Assembly: GCA_000004985.1 (NCBI GenBank)
Contig: GG738848.1
Direction: 5' to 3' (one strand)
Length of the DNA stretch: 64,000 nucleotides
Source: Naegleria gruberi
Lineage: Eukaryota
The notes beneath the pieces were generated by a model. The model was given only the letters and a program-made list of their open reading frames with translations. It did not search any database and was not told the origin of the DNA. The position numbers were made by a program, and so were the translations under genes. Positions 28,898 through 41,196 of the stretch are shown here, one piece after another (position 1 is the first letter of the stretch; every line of letters begins with the position of its first letter).

Positions 28898-30241
28898 ATG
28901 AATAGAATTTGCGCTGTTGCTTTCCTCATCGCAGCCTTGTGTTTGGTTTCTGTGGCTTTTGCCTCTACTGAACAAAAGAGTTTCCATCAGAGAAATCCAT
29001 GTTATAGAAAGGATAAACGTTATGATGGTTCCGATCCACGTTATGTCAAGTCTGTTATCAAAACTCCTAGACCACACGATATTTATGCTCCACAAGATCT
29101 TCCATCTTCTTGGGTATGTTTTTATAGCAAATGTAGTAATTTGTATTTATCAAATGATTCAAAAATCGACGATTGATTGGATGATTTTTGTGTGGATGAT
29201 GAAAATTGTGTGGATAGGATTGGAGAAATGTTAGTGGTGTTAACTATTTGTCTGTTACTAGAAATCAACACATTCCAACATATTGTGGAAGTTGTTGGGG
29301 TATGTTTAATAGTATTTAAATTGTTTTTTCTAATTTTCAAAAGCTCACGGAAGTACTTCTGCTTTGGCTGATAGAATTAACATTGCCAGAAAGGGACAAG
29401 CTCCACGTGCTCTCCTCTCTGTTCAACACGTTATTGCTTGTGGTGATGCTGGAAGTTGTGAAGGTGGTGATGATGTTCGTAAGTGTCAAATGTAATGATT
29501 AATTAATATTAATACGTCAACTATATAGCTGTCTATCAATATGCTCATGATTATGGTATTCCTGATGAATCTTGTAACAATTATAAGGCTCAAGATCAAG
29601 ACTGTACTGCTTTTGCTAAATGTGGTACTTGTAATTCCACTGGATGTTCTCCAATCACAAACTTCAAGAGATGGAAGGTTGGAGAATATGGTAGCATTGA
29701 TGGTGAACATCAAATGATGTCTGAAATTTTTGCTCGTGGTCCAATTTCGTAAGTATATTTAATTGAATTTCCAAAACTGAAATAATTAGTTGTGGTATTG
29801 GTATGTTAATTTTGAATTTAATGAAAATTAATTGTAATTAGATGCTACTAACAAGTTGGAAGCCTACACTGGAGGTATCTTTGAAGAATTTGAAATCTTC
29901 CCAATGATTAATCACATCATTTCAGTTGTTGGTTGGGGAGAAGAAAATGGAAAGAAGTATTGGATTGTTAGAAACAGTTGGGGCGAACCATATGGAGAAC
30001 AAGGTATGTAATAATAATATAATAATAATTAATGATTATCATCTTGAAATAATGATTTATAATTATTATTTTGAAATAATTGCTCAACTACTACAGGATT
30101 CTTCAGGTATGTTATCATTATTTTGAAATAACTAAATTTTTACTCAATTATTTAAATTTTAACAGAATTATTAGAGGTACCACAAGATTCTACAATTTGG
30201 CAATTGAAACACAATGTGCTTTTGCTGTACCAATTGTTTAA
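28898..30241 (+). CDS. CTSZ: Cathepsin X/Z-type papain-family (C1) cysteine protease, 303 aa, 8 exons; join(28898..29113,29218..29299,29344..29478,29529..29748,29790..29800,29842..30003,30097..30106,30166..30241)
   Basis: A signal peptide [22 protein letters not shown] is present. The spliced product has [45 protein letters not shown] with the active-site Cys, [24 protein letters not shown]...[21 protein letters not shown]...YNLAIE and the C-terminal FAVPIV. Every junction uses GT...AG and all exon phases close. Exon 5 is 11 nt (TTGTGGTATTG) and exon 7 is 10 nt (GATTCTTCAG). Introns measure 104, 44, 50, 41, 41, 93 and 59 nt. Confidence 0.8.
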
Positions 30242-30590
30242 ACCTATTAAAAATAATTTATTTACTAAAATGATATTTAATATCATCTCAAAACAATCTT
30301 TTTTGAATTTATTAAAACAAAGAACCACTTAGTAATAATGGAACTCAAGGTTTGACTTGTGATGAAAATATTGTTAAGACATTCATTTCTACAAACAATC
30401 TAATTATCTGAAGAATATTGAATTTAAAGTGGTTGTCACTTGACCAAATTACGCATTAAGTGTTGTCTGAATTTGTCATTTGTCATAACCATGTTACTAA
30501 TATCTCTTCAGTACGCAACAATAGTATTTATCAATTAGTGCTTTCATTCGAAAACAATTAACAATAAAAAACAACAACAATAAACACAAC

Positions 30591-31019
30591 ATGGGTGAAT
30601 TCGTTTGCATAGAAAAGGAAGACAACTCATTCTCTGACATTAAAATCCCAACATTTAATGAAATTATTGCACACAACATTAACACAGAATGGGCCAAACA
30701 ATGTTGCCAAATTTTCACTGAATTTGGAAAGAAAGCAAGACGTGAAAGATCAGATGTTAAAGAATTTGTTCTATTTAATGTGAGAACAATTGGCAAATAT
30801 TTAACTGAACTCGCGTTGAAACAAGAGACAGTTGAAACAATTAGTCAACCAGAAGAAATTAGAAGACATCATCAAGAAATTCAATCACTTCTCCAAGAAT
30901 ATATTGATGAGTTGACTTCAAAGATTGTTGCTGTCATTGCAGAGAAATCAGAAAGCGAGATTAAGACCATCATTAATGAAGGCACTGGTGCGGATTATGG
31001 AATTGGTGGTGAAGAATAA
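30591..31019 (+). CDS. Hypothetical protein, 142 aa
   Basis: ATG at 30591. It is a clean ORF with an eukaryote-like context and no recognisable domain. Confidence 0.35.
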   Translation: MGEFVCIEKEDNSFSDIKIPTFNEIIAHNINTEWAKQCCQIFTEFGKKARRERSDVKEFVLFNVRTIGKYLTELALKQETVETISQPEEIRRHHQEIQSLLQEYIDELTSKIVAVIAEKSESEIKTIINEGTGADYGIGGEE

Positions 31020-31065
31020 TCATTAAAAATTAAAGTTTCCATTTATAGTAAATGTTACAAAGTGT

Positions 31066-32957
31066 CTAGTTCAGTTTTGTTTTAGTATTTTTATCCCTTT
31101 GTTGATTAAACCATCCATGATCATATCCAATAAAATCCAATTCATCACAATACTTCTTATGGAAATCAGTGACAATTTGATTGGCAGGAGTTTGGAAAAA
31201 CAATGTCTGACGATTATCAGCAGAGAATTTAGGCCACTGAATGAGATTGGTTGTATTCTTTCCTTGATTTGGATTACCAAATTTCACAAAGTTAGTGATA
31301 TACTCAACCATGGATGCTGACAAACGTTCTTCCTCTGGATTGAAATGCATATCTGGCATGAATGTTGTTCCAATTGAGTGGAATACGAATGGTAATTCAG
31401 CTCCATGACAAACATGACCAACACAATAGTTATATCTTGGTCCCCAAGCATCAAATGACAAGACATGGTCAAAGATATAGTTATAGATTGGAAGTTGTGG
31501 ATTTTGTTGTGAAATTTGAGAGAGAATCTTTCTCAATGGACACAAGAAAATGTAATCTGTACCAAGAACTGATGTAATAGGTCTCTTATCACCATCCAAT
31601 AGTGGTCTATACCAATCTAGAATTCTAACTCCATCCTCAACTCCGAAAATGTCCATAATTAATGCTAAATATTCAACAGTATTGAGCTTGTTGTGAATTC
31701 CCATATAAATGAACAAGAGAGCTTCCTCTCTGACGTTTCCAATCATGATTGGCACCTTGTGATACAATCCCTTCTCAATAGCTTTTCATATTTACATTAA
31801 AATCACTTTCGAATACAATTCCAACACAAATTAAACCTACCTTCAAAAGTTTGATAAGGAATCAATCCACCCTTTGATACAGTTGGAGCCCACGGTAAGA
31901 ATGTCTCCAAAGGAATTGATAAATTCTTATAAGTATCCATGAAATATTGTCCCTCAAGAATTTTTTCAATTGACAAATTTTGGAAACATTCAAAATCATT
32001 CACCTCACAACCAACTTGTTTAGCAAATGGTTTTCCAAGATTTTCAGTGGCATCATCAATCATTCTCATTGGTAATACCAAGGGATTACTTTCTATAATG
32101 ACCTTTGAAAAAAGACCCTTACTTGCAGGACTAACTAAATGAGCAGTTGTTGAGCTAGCTCCAGCTGATTGACCTCCAATGGTTACTTGTTTAGGATCAC
32201 CTCCAAATGCAGCAATATTATTTTGAATCCATTGTAATAATTGCAATTGATCAGTAAATCCATAATTGCCTTCCATTCCTGCTTTTGAGTTGACCAACCA
32301 TCCCAAAGCTCCCAAACGATAAGAACCAACAATTATAATGATATTTGTCTTGTTTGCAATGTAAGTTCCATCATAGAGTATAACATCAGGTCCACCTTGC
32401 TATTTTTTTTCATTGAATATTATTTTACAAAATTAAATAGTTAAATATTTAAATAGTTAAATAGTTTACAAACCTCAAAATGACCACCAGGTAAAAAAAC
32501 ATAAACAGGAACAAGTTGATCCCTGATAGTATCAATCCTAGGAGTAAATAGATCAATAAATAGACAATCTTCACTCTGAGTTGACGGACAAGTTAAGGGA
32601 GGTAATTCACATCGTTGCGGGCATGCTAATTGATGATAATATTCGAAAGTTAATAGATTAGTATGACATACCTGGGGTTGGGATTGTGTTATTTGCATAA
32701 AAGATTCCATCATGTTTACCAATTGGTTGTGATGGTTGGAATCTCAACTTTCCAATAGGTGGTTTCGAATAACGAATTCCTGTGAAAGCTCTGGCAGTTA
32801 TTTGATATTCAGGAAATGATGAGATGAAACCCTTGTATTTACCGAGAGGAGATGTTACAATCAATTCATCTTGATCACTACATTTTACTTGTTGATGATT
32901 CGAATAAATGATCAATAAGAATCCCAGTAGAATGCACAGTGCAAGATTAGTTTTCAT
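31066..32957 (-). CDS. Type-B carboxylesterase/lipase (alpha/beta hydrolase), 570 aa, 4 exons; join(32957..32672,32625..32474,32399..31841,31781..31066)
   Basis: A signal peptide MKTNLALCILLGFLLIIY is present. Spliced blocks are FTGIRYSKPPIGKLRF, ACPQ...SEDCLFIDLFTP, YDGTYIAN...YRLGALGWL, GNYGFTDQ and the nucleophile elbow GGQSAGA. VPIMIGNVREEALLF and HGAELPFVF follow. The introns are 46, 74 and 59 nt (GTATGT, GTTTGT, GTAGGT donors). Confidence 0.8.
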
Positions 32958-33390
32958 GTATTTTTTTTTTGAGAATGAAGAGTTTGAAATTTCACGAGAC
33001 ATCTTTTTTCATGTCAACGAGAGCGGAGTGAAAATCTTAGCAAGGCCCACAAATCTGAATCAAAGTTTACAACATGAATTCATCCATTTTCATTGCCTCC
33101 TTACAACCATTACAATATGACCATTGAATCAAGAATAATCTCCAATCGATTAAAGCATATCAATACTCTATTTTAGGTAATAAAAATTTATTTCTCTCTC
33201 CCCAAAATCACTTGAGGAGAATCTTTAAACATCAATAACAGTAATTGCAATTCAGAGGAGGATTCGCATCTATCCTTATAAGCTGTTCGAATTTCAAGGA
33301 AAAATTCAAAAATCACTCACTCTCTTAGTCCATAGTAAGAAGAGATAACATCAAGTCAACCAAAAATATTATAACCAAAAAAGTAAAGAA

Positions 33391-33909
33391 TCACTCCTTA
33401 AAATTTCCTCCATTCCAATTCATATTTCTACAGAGGAGAGAGGCGCTGCTTAATCGCTTTCTACTACTGTTGCTTGCTGATTGCATGTGTAGAAAGAAGG
33501 GATATCTTCTACGAGGGTTGTTTGATAGATTGGATTGGAAGGAGGGCAATGTTTTGGTTTGGAGAGGCAGCTTCTGAATGGTGGATGGTTGATCTTCTTG
33601 TTTGGATGAGTGAGAGTTGTCAGAACAAGCAAGAGTGGATGAAGAAACATCTCTTGTCGATGATTGTATCTTGAGACTGTCGTTATCTGTTGATGTAATT
33701 TGAGATTGAGCATCAACAGCAACATGTTTTTGGAGTGATTTAAAATTGGTATCCAATGTAACAAGATGAGGGTATGGATGATAGGCGAGTGAATTATTGT
33801 TACTCCTTTTCATTTCAAAATGTTGATTCAGGTCTGGAACTAGACTATGATAGACATTTTCAAGGAAGCCAATAATGAGCTGAAAAAGAGAGAAGAGTAA
33901 TGCAAACAT
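33391..33909 (-). CDS. Hypothetical protein with N-terminal hydrophobic, signal-like segment; about 172 aa
   Basis: ATG at 33909 (MFALLFSLFQLIIGFL). The rest is Ser/Asn-rich with no domain. Confidence 0.3.
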   Translation of the reverse strand: MFALLFSLFQLIIGFLENVYHSLVPDLNQHFEMKRSNNNSLAYHPYPHLVTLDTNFKSLQKHVAVDAQSQITSTDNDSLKIQSSTRDVSSSTLACSDNSHSSKQEDQPSTIQKLPLQTKTLPSFQSNLSNNPRRRYPFFLHMQSASNSSRKRLSSASLLCRNMNWNGGNFKE

Positions 33910-34072
33910 TTTTTTCTGAATGGTATTGTTGCTTTTCAGTTTTTGTGAGGAGACCAAAGAGCTACTTGGGAGGAGACTAGTCTACTACGATTTTGAATGG
34001 ACATTGGTCTTTAAGGATATAAAAAGAAATAATGGGTAGGGTTTATTTTGGGAAGTAGTTATGATAGTGGAT

Positions 34073-34675
34073 TTATTCTTTAACTTCAAAGCTTGGGTCG
34101 ATTTTCTTAATTCTATCTCTCAATTCTTTGAGTTCTTCATTCTTGGTCTTGACGATATTCATCATGTTTTGGAATTGAGAAGTTTGATTAACCTTGAGAG
34201 TTAATTCATTTTGAGCGGTGGCGATATCCTTCTTCAGATTATCAACAGCCTTTTCAATTTCCTTCTTTTCAGCTTCGCACTTGTCGAGAGATTGTTTGAG
34301 GGATTCCAAACTGGCCTTCAAATTGGAATTTTCATCTTGTTGGGCTTTTGATTGGGTAGATAATTGTTCAATACTGCTCTTTAATTCAGCCTTTTCTTGT
34401 TCTTCCTTTGGATCGACGGTTCCTTCAACCTTATGCTTCAATCTTGTTAATTCATCTGTGGTCTTGTTCAAAGTATCGGTGATTTCAGTCTTTGCCTTCA
34501 TCATTTCATTGTATGCCTTTTGAAGGGAGGTTAATTGATCTCTCATTTGATCATTTTCCTTTTTCAATTTGAGAGTATCATCACCACCTGCTGGTTTAAG
34601 AGATGGGAGCTTATTTCCGCTTGTTGGAACAGTCTTTGGAAACATGGCAGTTTCAATTTTTGCCATTTCCTTCAA
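34073..34675 (-). CDS. Coiled-coil protein, 200 aa
   Basis: ATG at 34675. Heptad-rich K/E/L sequence runs throughout (LKKENDQMRDQLTSLQKAYNEMMKAKTE...). Confidence 0.45.
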   Translation of the reverse strand: MKEMAKIETAMFPKTVPTSGNKLPSLKPAGGDDTLKLKKENDQMRDQLTSLQKAYNEMMKAKTEITDTLNKTTDELTRLKHKVEGTVDPKEEQEKAELKSSIEQLSTQSKAQQDENSNLKASLESLKQSLDKCEAEKKEIEKAVDNLKKDIATAQNELTLKVNQTSQFQNMMNIVKTKNEELKELRDRIKKIDPSFEVKE

Positions 34676-34763
34676 TGTTTCTCTATTAATGTATTATTGA
34701 AAATTAAATTGTTAATTAGAATTAAATTATATTCAATAAATCCAAATAATAATTATTAAATAC

Positions 34764-35120
34764 CTACTCGTCTTCAATACTTGAAATATCAACTTTGAGT
34801 TTAAATCCAGCCTGATCAGCCTCAGAGAAAACTTGTCTTAATAATTCAATGGATGTATGGCTGGCATATTGTGTTTCCGATTTAATTGTAGTCTTGACTA
34901 CCGTTTCCACTGCGTCAATAATATTCTTAACCTCTAATAAACTATATTGGTTATCCAACAATCTACTATCCTTAATATCTTGAATACCTCTAGAAACTTC
35001 CTTGAGGTGCAAGTCAGTCTTGTGATGAGTAAACTTGATGTAACTCTTGACAACTTCCCTATAGTGATCAGAGAGACCGTCCAAAAGAAGAGATTCTTCA
35101 ATAGCTTCTTGAGAAGACAT
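34764..35120 (-). CDS. Small hypothetical protein, about 118 aa
   Basis: ATG at 35120 (MSSQEAIEESLLLDGLSD...). The track ORF begins earlier at a TTG. Confidence 0.35.
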   Translation of the reverse strand: MSSQEAIEESLLLDGLSDHYREVVKSYIKFTHHKTDLHLKEVSRGIQDIKDSRLLDNQYSLLEVKNIIDAVETVVKTTIKSETQYASHTSIELLRQVFSEADQAGFKLKVDISSIEDE

Positions 35121-35553
35121 GTTGTTATACAAAAGAGAGAATGTAAAAGAGTTTTAAAAGGCTTTTTTTTTGTAGTTGAATAATAATTCAGAGACCCCAC
35201 GGCCATACACAGCTAATACAATGAAACCTCTCCAACCCTCAAACATTTTAATAAATCACTATCATCATCACACATTGAGCAAGTTATTATTGGTGGTGCT
35301 TGCTGCTAACATGGAGTGATGCAAGAGATCGAATAATATAATACGGAATGGTTTATTTGCTCATATAGAATTTCAATGCACCTCATGAGCATTACAATGA
35401 ACATCAATAAATCATCATTCACAATCAATAATTTAATATTAAATTTGCATTGTTCTTATCATAAATTCCATCAAATATCTTTCCACTATCATTGGTGAAG
35501 CAATCAGACACAATCTGTAGATACGAATTGGCGCCAAAACATTAAAAGAAAAA

Positions 35554-37641
35554 ATGTCTACAGCTGGCTCTCATCGTTCTCTCAGCGCAATGTCTAAGGA
35601 AAGTGCTGTAGGAACCACATCAGGTAGTAATTCAAAGCAATCCTCACAGGCTAATTTAAAACAAAGTAAATCACAACGTTCTATTATATCAGTCAAGACA
35701 ATTCCATCAATAATATCAACATCAGGGGACAAGACGAATGGAGAAAACGATGAAGGAGAATTGGATAGGACAACATCAATATCAACAGTTGGATTTGAAG
35801 ATAGCTTGGAAATAATAACGGAAAATGGAGCTACTGCTTTGGACGCCTTATTTACAAAAATAAGAAATTCTATTTATTTGGATTATTCTGAGGAGAGGAA
35901 TCGAGTTAGATTCAGAAATCAATTCATGAATCATGTCAGAGATGTATATAGAAAAATGATTTTGAAAGAGGATTGTAAAATACCAAGAATTGAAAAATTA
36001 GAGGAGGAAGGTAATTGGTCAGGAGGTGCAGCTCTGGAAATTAAAAGCACACTGTTTGCTGACATTGAATATAACCTTACGAGAGAAATTGAAAGTAATA
36101 AGCTATTGAGGGATCCTAAACCAGTAGAGTAAGTAGCTGGGTTTTTATTGTAATTAATGACAACTGAATTAGAGATATAATGTTAATGATTGCAAACAAA
36201 ATGTCACGGGATTATACACTAGATATGATCTCCTCTAAATATCTGAGAGAAGTTGACTTGTCATCATCCAAGATACAAAGCATAGACTCTGACTTTACTA
36301 AAATATGTACAAATTTAGAGATTCTGGGATTGTCTTTCAACAAGCTTAATTCTATCACAAGACTCCCAGCCAATATTTTTGGAGTAAATGCCTACTCGAA
36401 CATAATAACTAAAAGCATACCACTTGCATCTTTTGGAAATTTAATACACCTTGGATTGGGATATAATAGGCTCACCGACTTGTCGTTCTTGAATGAGTGC
36501 GAACAGTTGGCTTCCCTGGATGTGAGCTTTAATGACCTTGATAACTTAGAAAGTACTATTGGAATACTATCAAAATTACCCAAACTAATGTCGTTAAATA
36601 TGCAAGGAAACTGCTTCTGCATGTTTGACAGTTACAGAGGCGCTGTGCTAACAAATGTGCCTCAAATCAAATTATTGGATAATGATGAACTCAATGAAGA
36701 TCAAAGAAGGCGATATATGGAGTTATTTAAAGGGTTCGAAGGAGAAAAGAGTAAGTTTTTGAAATCGATCAATGATGTTTACTCTTATTAGAATCAAAGA
36801 TTATTGTCACATTATCACCACTTGTTGGGTTGAATTTTGATGAGGAAATCAAATTTGTTGAGGATGAAAATTCAGCCAATGTTGATAAGAACGGAAAAAA
36901 GACTCCTGTTAAGAGAGCTCCTTCTGCAAAGAAGAAGGCTACCAATTCAAAGAAACCTGCTGAAATCACATTCATCAAGTGTGTGTATTATGTAGTGAAA
37001 TTCTTATGGCCTGAAGATCCTGAACAAGATTTTAAAAAGACAATTGAATCCAATCCAATTTACTTACCAGACCCTGATCCAAAATCAAACTCAAGACTAG
37101 TTAATTTAGATTTTAAAGATTTATTCGAGTTTCAAATAACTGAAAAGTCAATCGGTGTTAAGCATCATTTAGAAAGTAGGTTCCTCTTTCCTTGATTTTT
37201 TAATATTTACTCATTATTTTAGAGCCAGTGAGCTTTTATGTAGAGCGAATTGTTTCCAACATTCAAGAGGACGATGAAACAAATAGAACTGAATTTTCGA
37301 GAGATTTACTTGGAATTTTAATTGCAAAATTTGATTTACTTTGGGAAAGAGGATTCACATTACCAGATCCAATACCGGATGAAGATGAATCATCCAAGAC
37401 TGGAGATGAATTAAAAGCTCTCATGAAAAATCAATGGGAGCAAAAGAACAAACTTCAAAATGACATTTCAACAGAATCTCAATCCAACCTTTCTCTTGGT
37501 GTGTCAATAACTCTGCCAAGTGAAATATGGGATAATTATGAAAAGGATTGGAAGGATCCAAAAAAGAGAAAGCAAGCCAGAGCCAATACTCTTAAAGCAA
37601 ATCAACAAAAAAGACCAACCTCCAACACACCAAAGAAATAA
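35554..37641 (+). CDS. Leucine-rich-repeat protein with Ser-rich N-terminus and basic C-terminus, about 642 aa; join(35554..36128,36173..36776,36845..37175,37223..37641)
   Basis: Four ORF segments sit in three frames, linked by introns of 44 nt (GTAAGT...AATTAG), 68 nt (weak GTTTAC donor, least certain) and 47 nt (GTAGGT...TTTTAG). All phases close. The LRRs read LEILGLSFNKLNSI, LIHLGLGYNRLTDLSFL and LASLDVSFNDLDNL. Confidence 0.5.
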
Positions 37642-37683
37642 ATCCATTCTCTCTCTTTTTCAATTATTTCAAATAATAAAAAA

Positions 37684-38016
37684 ATGGTAAGTGCAATCAG
37701 CAAACAACTTGTCCAAATCATCACAGTCCAAAAAACTTTCGGAACAAGATATCAATATTTACAGATTAATGTTTGAAAAGATTGATTCAGATAAATCAGG
37801 AACCATTGATCGTACCGAGTTATTTTCAATGATGAAGGAATTGACTGAAGGAAAGATTTCCGAAACTGATGTTGATGCCATGATGAAGGGTAAGTTGTAT
37901 TCTTCGTTAAATATGAAAATAATATTATAAATTAATTGATTTTTAAAGATGCTGATGTTGATCAAGATGGGCGAATTGATTTTGAAGAATTTGTCAAGCA
38001 AATGGAAAAGTTCTAA
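37684..38016 (+). CDS. Small two-EF-hand calcium-binding protein, 77 aa; join(37684..37686,37727..37889,37949..38016)
   Basis: Exon 1 is the ATG alone, followed by GTAAGT. A 40-nt intron ends at CACAG(37726). EF loop 1 is DSDKSGTIDRTE. A 59-nt intron runs G|GTAAGT...TTTTAAAG. EF loop 2 is DQDGRIDFEEF. Confidence 0.6.
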
Positions 38017-38434
38017 ATAAAGTTGATGTGTTAGGATTTGCTGAATCCTTCTCTGAACATAATTGACCGATCAAAAATGAAGTGGTTGGAATTTAATAAA
38101 TTTATTGATTTTTTCATAGTTGATTTTGGTTCTGCTGAATTGATTGGCGCAACAGAATTAGACGGAGCAAGATAATCCTAACAAATCAAGTGAAATGATT
38201 CAAATAATAATTTCCAGAAAATCACAATGATCACATCTCAAGGAAACAAATTCCATTCCAGCTCTTTTTTCTACCACCACCTCAGGTGCTAATTTAAAAC
38301 AATTGTTTTGGTCAATTCTACCACAAATTACTTACTTTTATCACATTCCTTTCCATGATCTCCATAACAATCAATCAATTGTTGTGATATGTATTTTATT
38401 GACAATCCATTTGACTATATATTGTGAAAGTATG

Positions 38435-38965
38435 TTAGAAATTTAAATTCAAAAAAACACAAACAGAAGTAGGAACCCGAAGACCACATTTACAAAAGAG
38501 TGAATGTTTGGTTTCGAGTAAATGATTCTTCTTACACAAAGGACATAAATATACGGACTTTTCATAGTAATCTATTAATTGTTGTAAATCTTCAGCTTCC
38601 AAAGCTTCTTCCTCTTCAAATTGTTTTAAATGATTTTCCTCTTCCTCTCTCCATTCATTTTCAATTTCATTTCCTATCTGTACAAGTAAATCAAAATATT
38701 CATCATCGGACATGGATCCCTTCTCCTCTGCAAATATTCTTTCCATTTCTGTTTTACAAGCTTGAATATATTCATCATGGAGAGCCAAATTTTCATCATT
38801 AGAATTTGAAAAGGGATCCCGAATCATATTTTGTAATTGTCTTCTCTTTTCCTTTACATTTTCGATGGCTCTCTTCTTGATGATATTTTTATATTCGGTC
38901 TTTTTAACCTTGATCGATGCTTCTCTGGAGAGATGATGATTTCCATTGTCTTGATAATTAAACAT
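38435..38965 (-). CDS. Acidic protein with C-terminal zinc-ribbon (C..C...C.C), possibly RPA-interacting-protein-like; 176 aa
   Basis: ATG at 38965. The C-terminus reads LCPLCKKNHLLETKHSLFCKCG. The middle is acidic and coiled. Confidence 0.4.
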   Translation of the reverse strand: MFNYQDNGNHHLSREASIKVKKTEYKNIIKKRAIENVKEKRRQLQNMIRDPFSNSNDENLALHDEYIQACKTEMERIFAEEKGSMSDDEYFDLLVQIGNEIENEWREEEENHLKQFEEEEALEAEDLQQLIDYYEKSVYLCPLCKKNHLLETKHSLFCKCGLRVPTSVCVFLNLNF

Positions 38966-39242
38966 TTTTTTTTAATTTTATTGAATTTCTTGTTGTTTTT
39001 GAAATTCCAATATTTGGCGGAATTGACAAATATAAGATTCATCCAGAGTTTTTAACAATCTTCCTCACCATCTCTTAGGACTTGGAATGAACAATTTATA
39101 TATATATGGATGCCTATTGTTATTCGGTTTATATATGTCTTAATCAGTACAATATTGCCACACATACAAATAAGTCAAAGACACTTGGTTTTTTTGGACT
39201 CGGTCGCTGTAAAAAACATTGTTTGGTTACATAGATACTTAT

Positions 39243-41196
39243 TTACTTCTTCCTCTTTACAAAGCTTACGGTTAGGTCGTTTTCAGTTGCCAATTGTTTT
39301 GGAGTTTGTGAGGTTTTATCCTTTATCTTTTCACTTGCTCCTGATTGATACAAGAATCCACACAATCTCTCGGCAGTATTCTTTTCTTTCAGTCTGCAGG
39401 CGCAGTGGAGTGGTGTTTCACCCTTATCATTTTGTACATTCATACTGTCCTTACTGAGGAGAGTTAAGAGTAAATTAACAGTCTTGATGTTTGCATTTTG
39501 TACTGCCAAGTGGAGTGGTGTGTTACCAGTAGCGTCTTGTTCCTTCATCAATGCTGCACATTGGGTTGGATTCAAAAATGCAAGTCTGTTAATGAGTGGA
39601 TCGGTTCCTGTAACAGCTGCTTGATGGAGAATGTTTTGTTTCTTATCATCTCTTGAAGCAGGACCAAATACAACAGCTGGATTCGTATTTGTGAGAATAT
39701 ATTCTACAATGTTAATGTGTCCACTTGCTGCTGCTCTCATAATTGGTGTTCTACCAAACTTGTCCTTAGAGTTTATCAAAACCTTATTACCTGTTTGAGA
39801 TGAAGCCATTCCTCCCGATGAATTAACTTCAGCAGATTCACTAACTAAAAATTTGACTGAATTCAATCGTCCAGCTTCGCAAGCCATGTGTAAAATTGTT
39901 GAACCGTCAGTTGTCTTGAAATTGTAATCTCCTTCAAATTGTCCACACATTACTTGGGCAGCTTTGAAACCATGTTGAGCACTTTGCAAATCTCCAATTT
40001 CCTCATCAATAAATGCCTTATTGAAAAGCAATTGCAAAGGACTCTTTCCAAACTTATCTCTAATGTTAATCTTTGATTTGAGTTGACAAAGAATTGAAAT
40101 AGCATCGTAACCTCTATGATTACAAGCATAGTGGAGCGGTGTCGATTCAGATTCATCTGGAGCCATTATGTTACACTTGTATTTTGAGACGAGTAAAAAG
40201 ATTAATGATGATCTGTTATATTTTGCACATTGATGGAGAAGGAATGATCTTGGTTTCTCCTTATCTCTTAATTTACGTACTTCTTTATCTGTCCAAGAGA
40301 AGAATTCTTTCATTTCCTCATTACCTTCCTCCTTCAGTTTGGCACACATTTCAAGATATTGAGTAATGAACTCGTCAAACATGTCAGAACAAGTGTGGTC
40401 ATCATAACCATCAATATTTTTAACAAACTTTCTCAAGACATAGTGATATAACATTGAAGGTTTGATTTGAGTCATATCAGAAACGTCTTCGAAAGGTTCA
40501 GTTTCGGTTTCATCCTCTGCAGTTTCTACAACATCAACTACAGCATCAACAAGAGCATCCAATCCAGGTGTTGTTGGAGTACTACATTCATCCAAATTGC
40601 TCAACTATTATATATCATATGCAAATTCAATTAAATTCAATCATCATTACCGTTAATTAATTAAACAATAACAATAAACTTACTGATGGATTTGAAGGAA
40701 TTGGAGGTAATGGTCTTTGTTGATAGGATAATGATTGGGGAGATTCACTACCTGCCAAAGCCGATGATGATGAATTACTAGATGAAGACAATGGAGTTTC
40801 CTCTTCTGTAGCAAAAACAGGTTCAGAATCTTCATAACCTTCATATTTCTCTTGATTTTCCAATGCAAAATCTGTCATTGAATGATTTCTTTGGAAAGGT
40901 AAAGTTGGTGTTGAATGACTACTCTCTAACGCTGTAGGTACTGTTGGACTTTCTCCAGTTGAAGATGAATCATCTGAATATCTATTCGAATTATGTGGAT
41001 TTGGAAGAGAGGCACGAACACCAGGATTATTCAAACCAGAAGAACTTGTACTCGATGAGGTTGATGGTTTTGTAGCAGTGCCAGAAGTTACCTTTTTCTT
41101 CTTTGGTTTTCCATTCATAAATGTTTGTTTAAATAAATTCCATGATGAAGTTGTTGTTGAAGTTGGATAATAATTAGGATCGTTATATCTCGACAT
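39243..41196 (-). CDS. Ankyrin-repeat protein with Ser/Thr/Pro-rich N-terminal exon, about 624 aa; join(41196..40684,40604..39243)
   Basis: ATG at 41196. A 79-nt intron runs TCA|GTAAGT...ATAATAG. The join ...PPIPSNPS|LSNLDECSTP merges the two track ORFs. At least six ANK repeats are present (GSTILHMACEAGRLNSVKFLV, GRTPIMRAAASGHINIVEYIL, GNTPLHLAVQNANIKTVNLLL, GETPLHCACRL). Confidence 0.65.
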
